A DNA stretch of 64,000 nucleotides, taken from Pocillopora damicornis. Its lineage: Eukaryota. Positions 51,441 to 64,000 of this stretch are shown here, piece after piece; the stretch's first letter is position 1; every line of letters starts with the position of its first letter. Position numbers and translations under genes: made by a program. Location of the stretch: assembly GCF_003704095.1 (NCBI RefSeq), contig NW_020847478.1, forward strand, positions 434,001-498,000. Direction: 5' to 3'. The notes beneath the pieces were generated by a model, which saw only the letters and a list, made by a program, of their open reading frames with translations, was not told the origin of the DNA and did no database searches.

Positions 51441-52901
51441 TAAATAAACTTAGGTTGGCAAATTGCGCAAAACAATACTACAACAAAATCGAATTTGAGG
51501 GTTGCTTTCGTAACATTATAGACAGAGGGAAATTTGCAACATCAATGCATCAGTAAAGCTCGGTGCATGTAAATCTGAAGTTAAAACTTGTCTAGTTTAT
51601 TCAAAGCAGTTCGTTAAGTCTCTTATGGAACACTTGTTTCTCAAGCTCGGTATTCTTTAATCTGTTAAGGAATATCTATCGGCTGCAAACTTTTAGGATC
51701 GTATTTTAGTACAGATCTTGACGAGTTGAAAAGAAACAGGTATATTGTTTAAATTTCTTGATGTAACACAAAATAACAAACAACGTAAAAAGCATGTCTT
51801 TTAAGAAATGTTAAATATGGCCAAAACCTTCGTTGTGTAATTTTCAGCCATCTACAGCATGATTAGCCGTAGAAATATTAAATAATCTTTTATATGCTAC
51901 GAAAAATACATTCAATGCTTCTAATTCGTTGAAAACAGTTTTCTATCCCAGAATGCCATTCATCTTTTGATCGTAATATTACTTCTCTAATAATATACAA
52001 GAAAAACTTGATTCGCTTCAGATTAGCTAAGAACGAATGAATTTTTCATGTAACGCGAGTACAGTGTTGAAAAACGAGTGCAAATAACATACGACAGCGC
52101 GCACTGTCAAAATTTCGTCTCACTTGACTTTCTGTGACGCTCTTTACATATTAACTATTAACAAGTAACATCACGATTTAAAATTTTTTTAAAAGATTAC
52201 AAGTTGCACTCCCCCAACGGGCTCGTTAAATTTGTTGCCTTTTCAAGATTTACCCGTGCTTATTAACTCAAAGTTACACTCGAAATCACGTTATTACCTA
52301 GGCAAATTTTCAAGGAAGTTTTTGTTGGGTTCTGAAGTGTGTTTGGTGATTTTGTTCCGATGCGATTGGGTTTAGTGCATTTTTGTGAACTCAAAGATGA
52401 GCTGGAGCACCATCTACTCTTTACCCCAGTTTTTGGGTTGTATGTTCATTAGGAAAGTGTTCAATGTTGGATAGCATCGATGATGTATCTTTCGAGAGCC
52501 TGGTACGCTTTGTGCAGATGGTACTTAGGTGTTACGTAGACAGCAAAAAGGCTCTACTTTGGGGTTTGTCCACTATTAGAGGGCTTCTTATTGGATCGGA
52601 TCGATAATGTTTGTGATTCAATCTCTTCCAATAATGTTCAAACATTGACATCTCTCAGTGATATTGATTAAAAAAAAATAAGATTCAAACGAGACACACT
52701 GTAGTTTTCATATTAATTACTTTTGCTGCCAAAGTCCGAACTTCCTGGACTGACCAAAGTTCATTCACTCCGTGTATCTGGGTGAGTCCCTGAGCGACGC
52801 GACTTCCATCCATATTGGTCTCTCGCAAAGTATAATTCGGTAAACATGCAGGAAAATAGGTGTACCACCTTCTACTTGCTAGTTTTCATTTCTGTTTAGT
52901 G

Positions 52902-55900
52902 TTAGCCATCTGTGTTTCCTTTTCGAGTTTTCAGCAAGTTTGTCAGGAAGAATTCACCTGTTTGAAATAAAACAAGGCAATTTCTGATTTTATCATTCAT
53001 CGGACCAAAAATGTTTGGTCCCGAGGAATGATCTCGTTATCGCTAATAAAATATTCAGAATGTCTCCCGTTTTCTTTACATTAATAACTAACTGCATTTT
53101 TAGTTAGTTTGTGGTGTTAAAAGTTTCCTCCATGTTGCTTCCTCTAAAGTCCGTCCATTGAGTCAAACTTACGTCAGAAATTTAGCCTCTATGTCTATTT
53201 ATTTGTGCTTTACCTGCTCTGTATGAGGATCGTACAAGCGGTCCACTGGCAGTGTACGCAAACCCCAGCTCATTACCAACCAACTCCCAATGCTTAAACT
53301 TCTCAGGAGTGATGTACTCCGTGACCTACGAAGAGAATACTGTCAGCTCTAGCTCTAGTCAAAGAAACACCAGAGCACAAAAGTACCCCATCGGTATATG
53401 CGAGCCCTTGGTAACGCATGCGTGCAATTATAGACGGACATTAAACGACTTGTATAGATTTCACAAGGTTTGTAAACTTCTCAAAATCAACTTCTCGTAT
53501 TCCAACTTCTTCAAAATACCCCGTATTTGCGTCAACCTTACTCGTCACCGCACTTCTCTTTTTCACTGAGGGAGGGGTGGGAGGTTTAGGGATTATAACA
53601 TCGGCAATTTTTCTTCGAACAAGCAGTTTAAGAGCTTCGTACCGGATATTTCTCGCAACCCATCTTTCATCTTACTGGTGACATTTCTGCATCCCCTCCC
53701 TCTTCGAAGCTTGCATACCTTGTTACACAGCTTAACAATATTATGAACGTTCAAACTTCTCTCCATGGCGTTACCTTTAGATGAAGCCTCGTTGGTTGCA
53801 TGTACTGTCCTAGTGTCACGCAATCTACTTTAGCTTCACGGAGATCTGATGAATTAAAGGTAAACTAAGTTATTTAATCGACTACCATGGTTCTTGGACG
53901 TTAGTTGGGTTAGAACTGTAAGGCGAACAAAAGCTGCAGACATGACTGTTTTAGCAAATCCCGAAAAAGTAATTCGTTTTCCTGGTTGAAAGGTGGATCG
54001 CCTTGTGCACAGAGAGATAAAGTTACAATATAACTGGTATTAGCCTCATTGTACATTGTGGCTGACCCTCCTTAGTTTTTACCTTTCAAGGCTTGTAGAA
54101 CTTCTTCATCAGTTTCACCGAGACCCAGCATCAAAGAGCTTTTAGTCACCATGCGTGGCTCAATTCTCTTAACATGTCTTAGTACCTCAAGGGACTGTTT
54201 GTAGTTTGCTCTTGGGTCACGCACAAGTCTATAACCAAACAGCAAAATTTTTACTTACCAGTAACAAGAACTCTGAGTTCCATGGAGTACAATGGAGCAG
54301 ACTGATGTGCTATTACTACCAATACTACTACTACTACTAATAATAATAATGGTAATGATAACTATTATTACGATTATCAGTGATTAGTAATAAACTTTAT
54401 GCAGAGTAGATTATCCTTAAGTTATCATGTAAAGCATATCATGTTGAACAAAACCTAAAAGTAATTAACAGACAAGCTTAAGAACGGCAAAATAAGTGAG
54501 TCTCAAAGTTATCCCTTGTAAAGGCAAGTCCTCTGCAAGTCTCAAATGATCAGCAGGTTAAACAGAAATACTGGGTGCACAGATGGAAATGGATCTGTTG
54601 CCAAACTTTGAATTGGAAAACTAATCATTATCTTAGACAACACTTTGAAAACACTCCTCTTTAAAATGTCTTTAAAATAAACTCTCAGCTGGACAATTAG
54701 AAAACAAGATCAAATGAATGTGTTATTTAATGACTTTAACTCACAACTGTAGCCTATCCACTGTCTCCACATTGTGAGCATAAACATCCAGTCCTGATTT
54801 TACCACAGCTTCTACACCTTTTAGATCACCTCGGAAATCACCAGTCAAGCATTCTACAAGTATGCCTGGATTTCTACAAAGAAAGTCAGTACACAACAAA
54901 AAGAAGGTAAGACAAATTTGCCTTGACAGTCCTTGCAGTCAAAGGAATAGGGGTTACTGAAATAAAGCTCTCTCCCATTCGCACTAAATTTAACAATGTT
55001 TAACTTTGTTTCTTACCTTTTCTTGATTTCTGTTACTGTCTCTGAAAAATGGGCAGCTCCACCATCTGGCAAATCTAAATCAACACAGAAGCAATAAAAT
55101 TCATTTACCAAACAAATCATATATTTTAAAAGGCAGAGAAAGGAAGTGGGGAAAGGGAGGCATTACAGCCTTGATAAAGAACAGAAAACAATAAACCAGA
55201 TAAAGTTTTTATCTGCTGGTTAATTCTTCCCTCTAGCTTCTACACATTCCCTTGTAACTTAGTTGCAAGAATTTGGTTTTAGATCAAGATAACAACTTCT
55301 ACCTGATACATTTGAGTATTCTCAATACCAGTTTGCTGGATAGTAATGGGTATTATAGGGAGAAGTTACATGTGAATCACCTTTGGGAGTTAAAGGGTTA
55401 TTAATCTGGAGTTCTGTCCTCTAACCATATGGCTACCGTGGGGGCTGTGCCTAAACTTATATAACCACAGTGGTTCTGTTACACTTCAACATACCATCTC
55501 TGTCTACAGAGGTGATGACTATGTAGTCTAAACCCCAGCGACTGATTGCCTCTGCTGTATTAGCAGGCTCCATAGGATCTGGCGAAGGAGGTTTCTTGTT
55601 GGTTTTCACAGAGCAGAATCTACAACCTCTTGTGCACTGGTCACCAAGTATCTGAAAGGTTATGAATTCATTTTGAATTTCTAGACAACCAACTATCAAG
55701 TTTGTGTATAATACAGTGGCATACAATGTAAAAGGAGTTTGTGTTACTCAAATTATAACTTAAATTTGTTTTTTTTGAAGTGTCATTGTACAACTCAACC
55801 CTTCTGGTGGCAATTCATAAATGTTTGCTCTATCTAACTAAATTCTATATTTTGATATGTCAAGTTTTGTGGCTTAAATCCAAATGAATCAAAGTATGTG

Positions 55901-57481
55901 CACCATAAAAGTGTATGCTACAGACATCAATAGACCATTAATGTTTGTTACATGCTATCTTAGAATATTCTAAATAGCCAAAAAACACTAACGGCAATTT
56001 ACAAGCCTCTTTCATGTCACTAAAATATTTATAATTTTAATCTATTGTTTGTTCCCAGTTTGAGTAGCATATACCATAATAGTTGCAGTAGCTGTCTCAC
56101 TCTCTCCTCCATCCCAGCATTCACCAATATTTGGGCATTTAGCCTCTTCACACACCTACAAATGAATGCAAAACAACAAACCACTTTAAACAGATCAACT
56201 TAGCATATGATATGATGTTCAATATTTTGACCAAAGAGTCCAGCCTTTGAGCATACTAAAGGTTTTGAATGGTTATATGACAAATTTACAGTACAAAGCA
56301 TTTTGGTCAACAAAAAAAAATTTTGTGGCTGTGAAGGACAAAATGATCTAAAGTTAGTGTCTTTTATGTCAACAGAGTTAAAATTCAAAATGTAACAACT
56401 TTTTTTTTCTCTTGAAAAATTTACTCTTTTTTTTTTTTTGCAAGGCTTAAAGAGCCCAATCATCTATGATAATTTTGCAAACTGAGTGACACTTTGCAAA
56501 GAAACTTTGTTTTCGAAAATCATGTCCAAACTCAATTCTAGCATGATCGATAAAATTAAATAAAGAATTGACAATTGTGTCAACTACAAGTACTTAAATG
56601 AATAGACTCACAGTAGATAAGTTCAGCTCTCTAAGTGTTTCTTTGAGTTTATGGTAATTTTTACCAGTGGGTATTTCCCTTTTGAGCCATGGTGGTAGAC
56701 GTAGTCTGGAAAGAAAACAGAGTCCTCGTGACAACTGATAAGCTAGTGATCTGGGCAAGAATTACTTTATCTCTATACTTTGCAACCATCACTTCCACAT
56801 ATATTCTGAGATCTACGAAACAAGCTTATTTATTTATTTATGTGCGAATGTTTACAGAGCCTGAAAACACAGAGTAGTTTCACTAGCTTTGCACACAATA
56901 CATAAACATCACAATGACGGCCGAGTCGCGATAAAGCTTTAGCTGAATAATTTGGCGAATATCTTTGAAAGAAACGATGTGATAGCGCTCGACGTCCGTC
57001 TGTCGCTGAAGAGTCCAATTTAAGTTTAACTAAGGACATATGATTACTGTAGCGATATAATACTGCTTCCAAAGTAACCCTGCAGCTGTACTCTAAATGC
57101 TAAAGTTGCTCCGTAACTTCTCTTGCTATAAACTATTATACCGTTGTCCTTTCTTTCTCTTGTAGGGATTTTCCTGTGGAATAACCTCTCCTGATATAAA
57201 TTCTCCCAGACTTGGTCCCTCGGCTATGAGGGATTTCTTATCTGCAGACAGAGAACTAGAGGTTCTTCTTAATAGGAAACAACTGCATGACGAAGCATAG
57301 ACTCCTGGCTGCAAAGTGCGTGAAAATCAAGGAGAAAATTCAATAATGAGCATAAAGGGAGTAAACAATATCCATATATATCAATTCATTTAGCCTGAAA
57401 ATAAGTAAAACGCACCGTTATCTTGAGGAAAGTTCTTGAATTCGAAGGCATCAAAGCTAGGACTCTGTTAATGGTCGCCAT
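52902..57481 (-). CDS. LIAS: Mitochondrial lipoyl synthase (radical SAM), ~11 exons
   Basis: [21 protein letters not shown] (auxiliary cluster), [11 protein letters not shown] (CxxxCxxC), [42 protein letters not shown]; N-terminal transit-peptide-like sequence. Confidence 0.96.
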
Positions 57482-59711
57482 TTTGAATTGCGTAATTACC
57501 AGTCTCTTTCTCGCGCTCGTCTCATGATTTGATTTTCGTTCCCAGGAGCTCTCGCTTTGCAACTGAAGCTCCGCAAAATCCATTGATTAACTACCGTTAA
57601 AGGGGGTTTTGACAAAATGCAACCCCCTCCCTACTCTGACAAGGCAATATCAATGGCAAAAACAAATTTCAAGGCCTACAATCCTAATTTAAGCTCTATT
57701 CTTGCAAATTGGTCTCTGCAGGGGAATCTACAAGGAAATCCAAGACTTAATAATTGGATATTTTAGCAATGTTCACATTCTTTTGATAAAAGATTTCAGC
57801 AACAAAGGTTTGAGACAAATAGAGTATCAAGAAACATTAAACAATGCTCTCTTATCTGTAGCATTCCAAAGAATACTACTGCATTTGAAAGAGATTAATC
57901 AGCTAGAGAGGAGGATTACCCACGTAACTACTTCCATGTACTTCAAGCTGTTCCAATTCCACCACAATCCTAATAATCATGAAGGAGGGTCTTGGAATCG
58001 GAATTATGGTGGAATGTGAATGATTGGAGGCACAAATACTTGTTCTCTAGAGAACAAAAATAAAACTTATCCAAGTCTCCAACATGGCCTCACCTGGGTG
58101 CAGGATAATTTCACATAAGCCATCAGGTTGATTAAATGAACTGGTAAAGAGTTTAATTTCTATATCCACCATACAGTTAAACACAAAACCATAATGAAAA
58201 ATGATTCAATTATTGCATAAAATATCCCCAGTAAATAACATAGCACTCTCTCCCAGTGAACCTCAGACACATAAAAGAAAACTCACACAACTATTTGTTC
58301 TTTTTTAATGCACACCAGATGAACAAGTCAGAATGCGAAAAGCATACAGTGTATGGTGAAGTAAAAAACTAAATATGCTATTCAATCTGAATGACAGCAG
58401 GGTCCGTCTACTTGACCCTTTTACCCCTCAGAGTGACTAACATCTAATTTCTCCTTACAATATCTTCCTCAAATCAAACATTAAGGTCATGAAAAAAAGG
58501 GAATGACCAAACTAATTTTACCTGCATTTCCCTTTGACTTTCACTTCCTAATAAATACTAGCTATCAATGGGGAAAATCACACACAAAAAAAAAACACTG
58601 TTGTCTAGTTTATTCTGCCAAACATTGTTAAAATATGTTTTTGATGATTGTGACTAGGCCAAGCAATCTTAAAATTTCAATTTAAAATAAAATATCTAAT
58701 TCTGTGAAAGACTATCCCAAACAAATCAATGTAAAGTTAGGAATGCCACATATTAAGTAACTGCGGTCTGAAAAACCTATGCTAAGATCTGGCTTCCCTG
58801 GTCTGAAAAAAAAAAAAACAAACAAAAAAAAACAACAACAACAAAAACACATTTCTGATGTAAAAAATAAATCAAGAATGGTGACTAAACACAGGGCAAA
58901 TAAAGAGTGTAAACAACATGAACATACATGATGTTAAAGCACAGCCTTACCAGACCTGCATTGTAGCATTAGAGTCAACAATTTACATATTGGCTATATA
59001 ATCAATTCACTGATAAGCTGATACTGACATGTTTGTTTTTACAAAATGTAGTCAACAACCTTTAATTGATTATTCAGCTTTCTGCCAACAAAAAATCAAT
59101 GCAGTTTCCTACTGTTTCTAACTTATCACAATCTTATCAACACCACAGCAACATTATACATCACCTCCTATCTAAGTGTAAAGAGGGATAAAAAAAAATT
59201 TAGCATTGTTCTTTGTTTCATTTCTCTTTGTTTCAACTCTTTTTCCGAATTCTATCATTATTTACTATAATATTTTGCCCCATGCCCTTTTTTGGTAAAA
59301 AGAATGTTCCAAAACATTTTCAGAAACATTCCGTTTTCAATAAAATACCAAACAAAAAAATCACAATGAGTTAGATGTGAAAATAAAGGCGTTAACAAGT
59401 GTAATATAACATAATGTGGAATTTCCTCTACAAAGTTTGTTTCAAAGGTAGTATCAAAATAAATAAAAATATTTTATATGGTTTTGACATCAACCAGGAA
59501 ATTTGCCAGTTGGCACAATCCCACATACAAAATAAACAAAAAACTAACAAAAAAATTGTTATTAAGAATCACTTCAGATAGAGTGAATTGCATCTAATGG
59601 AATGCTTAAATAAAATTTCACTAATTTTAGCCAAAATATTGGCCTTTTCATGCAAGGTACAAATGTATCCCCTTCTCAAAACCAACAACTTGACAACAAA
59701 TACCTTAGTGT

Positions 59712-62560
59712 TTAAACATCTACTTTTAACCTACGATTAATTGCATCCTGTGAATTACGTAACACTTCAACATCGCAAAAGCTTCCAACAACCCCAGAAC
59801 CTGCACGAAACACATGCATTGGTGCACCTTCCTCCCAGAGATCAGCCAAAGGGTTGTATGACTCAACTGAGTTCAAATATTGTTCACCATTATGGCCTCC
59901 CACTGCCCACAAGCGTCCTCCCATAGCACCAGCGCCCACCCCTCCCCTGCATGTTGTCATGCTGGCCACATAGGTCCACTGGTTGGTACGTGGGTCATAC
60001 TTCTCAACTGAATCCAAAGGAGAAGAGTCATCAAATCCACCAATTGCATACAAGAACTCACCCACAACAGCAACACCAACACCTGTGGAGTGACAATTTT
60101 GAGCTTCAGTGCCATTTTCAACAAACAAACAAAACAAAATAAACCAACAATTCCACCATCTAAAATTTTTTCCAAAATTCATAAAGGCAGTTAGATTTGC
60201 TTGTCATAGCTACAAAAACAAAGTAAAAATTTTTGTCATTTATGGTTGTTATAACTGACAGAAATTAATATATTTCCAATGATAGCTATAAATATTCTTG
60301 ACACTGTTCAAAAAACCCCAATCTCTTAAAAATCCATTTACCCTAACCCTAATCTTAATTTACCAAACTTGACCAGCCACAAGGAAGTTATATGCGTAAT
60401 GATCCAGAGAAGGTCAGTCAGTTAAGATGTGAATGAGTATGTGCCTCATCATAAACCCACAATGGTCCATACAATGTACTCCCTAGCATACACGATTAGG
60501 TTGACTTTGAATTTCTGAAGGAATGGTTTACCAGATGATGAGCTCTTATTTGAGAAGGTGTGAGAAGGGTTGGTGATTAAAGGACTTTGAGAAAATGAAA
60601 CTAAGCAGAGTAAGTCCTTAAGCATAGACAGATATAAAAATGTCATCTATACTTTTTTCAACCACATTCTGAAATGGTAGAAGCTCAATGCTTATATGAG
60701 TGAAAGTAGTTAAGAGTGAGTCCCACCTGCTCTTCTGCGGTTCATGGATGCAACTCGGCTCCATTTGTTGGTGTGAGGGTTGTACCTTTCCACACTCTGA
60801 AGAGATGCAGCACCATCATTACCACCAACAGCATAGAGGTAACCACCTAGCCCCGCTACACCCACTCCCCCTCGAGGCATCAGCATAGGTGCCACCATGC
60901 TCCAAGTATCATTTTCAGGATCATATCTTTAGGAAGATCAGAAGACATGCAATGTTGTTGATTGTATTACACACAACAATAGGTCTAAAACAACTCAGCT
61001 ACCCACTCAGTCAGTCAGCCAAGTCAACCAAAACTAACCCTCACTTGCTTATTTTCATTGAGAAATTTTCTTCTGTTCAGATCATTCATGAAGACTACCT
61101 TGGTTTTGCAAAATGCAGTTGACATGTGCCTCACTATAGATCTCCGCTTGCATTTAAAGGGCCAATAGTTATAGAGACAGAATTTTGGGGTACAACAGAC
61201 TTTTTGCTGCAACTATAGGTTGAGCAGTCTATGTTCTCAATAATTTGGTATCCACAATGCAATATGAGAACTGCATTTAAATTCTGGAGAAGTAATCTGG
61301 TTCTCACTGTATTTAAAATGATTTTTTAGAGCCCAGATATGCACATCTTAAAAACATTTTGTGGATAATTTCTATTTACCTTTCTACAGCATCAAAGCAG
61401 GTTGTTTCGTCCAGACCTCCAGCGACATAAATCACTCCTTCCAGGACACCAGCAGACATTCCTCGTCGTGAAATTTCCATGGACGCAACTATCTTCCATT
61501 GGTTAATTTCAGGGTTAAAACACTCCACAGTATTAAGGTGTTGACTGCCATCATGTCCTCCAATTGCATAGACCTTGCCTGCTACAGAAGCTACTGCCAC
61601 GTGCCTTCGAGGTGTAGAAACTTCTGCTACCTGGAACCAACAGTTGTGGAACCAATCATAGCACTCAATACACTGAAGAGGATCGCCTGACTTTCCACGA
61701 CCACCAATTGAAAATAAGGCTCCGGAAGTGGACTTGCGTGGTTGAGCTCTGATATTTACTTTCACCAAAGAAGGATAAAGTTTCACATTCTTTGCCTCGT
61801 CTATTAAATCTCGACAAGCGACATTGTTTCTGATGATCATGTCTCTTTCCACACGCTGTATAAGGTAATCGGTGGCAATCAAAGGAAGCCGCACATGACT
61901 TAACAAGTCTGACAGAAACTGTTCTCGTGAAACCAAGTCAAAGCGTACCCAGGCACTAATAGCCTCAAAAACCTGCTCTTCGCGTTTTACGTAAAGGTCT
62001 TCCCCAGAGATAATGGCGAGAAAATGTCTAAAAGAGGTTTTAAGAAGGGCCTCTGTGTTCATAAGACTCAAGAAACAACTTCTTGAGTAAGCATCTGCCG
62101 CTTCAATAAAGTCTCTACATCCATGAAGCTCTGCATACGCTCTCATTTCCAAACAATTTGACGGGTGAAGATGCCGCTTCATAAACTCACAACAAGCATG
62201 AACAACGAGATCCAGTTGAAACACGGCAGCTGCAGTCAGTAAAGCTTCAATATTGTCAATACTGATCGTAATTTTTCGTGTGTAAATGAAGTTAATCAAT
62301 TGAATGACCGCTTCTTCGGATAATCCCTGAATAACAACAGTGTCTTTGGAGGATTCTATCATGTCATTCGTAAACATTCCGCGGAAATATGGACTGCACG
62401 AAGACAAAACTACACGATGGCACTTGACTTTTCGCTCTCCAGCTTGAATGATTACATCACATAGCTTCTTCTCCCTAAAAAACTGAACTAACACTTCAAA
62501 AGCCTCGTTCGACAGACTGTGTGCTTCGTAGTGGAAAGTGTCAACTATTATGTCTCCCAT
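59712..62560 (-). CDS. KLHL8: Kelch-like protein 8 (BTB-BACK-6 Kelch), three coding exons
   Basis: Exons 62560-61379, ~60927-60726 and 60081-59712. BTB ([12 protein letters not shown]), BACK, six GG Kelch repeats; [21 protein letters not shown] resembles KLHL8. Confidence 0.85.
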
Positions 62561-64000
62561 AATTTGCAATATGCTAGCAAGGCAAATTTTAAGTCTGAAG
62601 TTCCGAAGCTCCGAAGTTTCGACGATCACAAGACCGTCATCGACTTAGCAGCCTTAATTCGATCACAGCAGCTGGTAGACACGAAATTCAGGAACAGGAA
62701 ACGGTGGAGAAGTTTCAAATTAGCCTCAAGGATGCCGCGTATACCACAATGAAATGGCGGCCATATGACTGTAGTGCGGTTTTCCGGCTATTGTTGCTCT
62801 CCCATCTCCCCAGTTTCCCTCAGATCATGTGATTACGCGGCCTCGAGGTGTACGCGCGGTATAAGCCAATGGCCATCGTCATGAAACGTTTTGAACTCAC
62901 CTAAGAAACTTTGCAGTAATGCTACAGATAAATTCTCAAACTTATAATCATTGCATAGTTAAATTCTCTGAGAATGCGAGCCAGACAGAAGGCACAAATT
63001 CCCCAGCCGGCTGTAGATCTTAAAACATAATAAATATAATAGTCTTAATCTCATGAGTTGGTTTTTTTTAGTAACAGGAATAAACTGTTATGTGAACATT
63101 TTCTAATATGTCATATCTTAAGTTATGCAGTAGGTAAGCTGAACGAGCTAGCGAGTCAGAAAGGAGCGAACGCGCGCGGTATGAAATCGCTGCGTGACAT
63201 CTCGCTGATGCGTGGGAATTCTTCACGTTCAATTTGCGCAAATAATCGAACAACTGACTGACTTCTATTTCAATTGTCCACTAAGCGGATAAAACTAAGA
63301 AACGAAAAGGAAAGTCGGATGTCGTGTTTCTTAAAAAAGTATTTCGAGAAATGGAATGTTCATTTCGTTTTTACAGTGCAGTAGAAAACTGAAATACGAA
63401 AATAAAATCTGAATGTCCTCTCCCAACACAAATGAGGTACGGTTGACGATAATATCTGATAACATAAAAGGATTTTAAGGACTTTTTCACCACCACCTCA
63501 AGATATATGAACTCACCACTCTGAAAAATATAGTAAAAAAAAAAGAATACTGAACCATGCTGTTTTATTTATTCACCTTAATAATAATTGGATTAGTTAC
63601 TAAGCTCTAAGTCATACGATGAAAATTTAACACTTTAAGCGCTCTCGTAAGTCCAGACTGACATATCCAGCATATAAATAATTTATTTAAATATCCTATG
63701 TTAAAAACAATTAAGGAAGCTGTCTATTTATGAAATATAATGAGACTAAAAAGATTGTCAAATTATATCAAATACAAATTTCTCTCGTCTGATAAAAAAA
63801 GCTGAAATCACAAAGCTGCTCCTTCATGATATAAAATATTAATGTTTAGATTTTGTCTGATTTTTTCCTTACAACCACATTCCCTTGCTGTAAATTCTAA
63901 CAAGACTTAACACCATATTTCTCGCCGCAATTATTCTGTAAAAAAAAAAAAAACACTACAAAAATTTAATCATTTCAGTACATCGATGCCTGAAATATTA

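Larger units (their letters stand above)
39418..52430 (+). repeat. Direct tandem duplication of ~6.4 kb (about 39418-45855 and 46182-52430) carrying the ficolin-like gene
   Basis: Colinear similarity across upstream region, exons, introns and 3' flank. Confidence 0.92.

Overview
AT-rich, intron-containing eukaryotic scaffold with N gaps. The gene content (cnidarian ficolin-like genes) and repeat families point to an anthozoan, most likely a scleractinian coral (inference). In order, the window holds: TAF3 (-, 3' end beyond the window) head-to-head with Porcupine/PORCN (+); an intronless 527-aa seven-TM ion-channel-like (Grl/DUF3537-like) gene (-) head-to-head with an intronless atypical, bacterial-style E2/UBC-fold gene (+), whose shared ~665-bp intergenic region carries a perfect NF-kB site, two STAT GAS sites and ISRE-like motifs; a MITE; a gap-fragmented duplication of MAN1/LEMD3 with a breakpoint inside a rhodopsin-class GPCR, one copy having lost its C-terminal RRM/UHM; caveolin; two tandem TM-collagen-3xIg-fibrinogen (CniFL-type) genes whose differences cluster in the ligand-binding end, one with a solo LTR upstream; LIAS (-); and KLHL8 (-). 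The best candidate for an undescribed system is the divergent 7TM-channel/E2-like gene pair with an innate-immune-type promoter. Exon boundaries were read by eye from GT/AG sites and reading frames.
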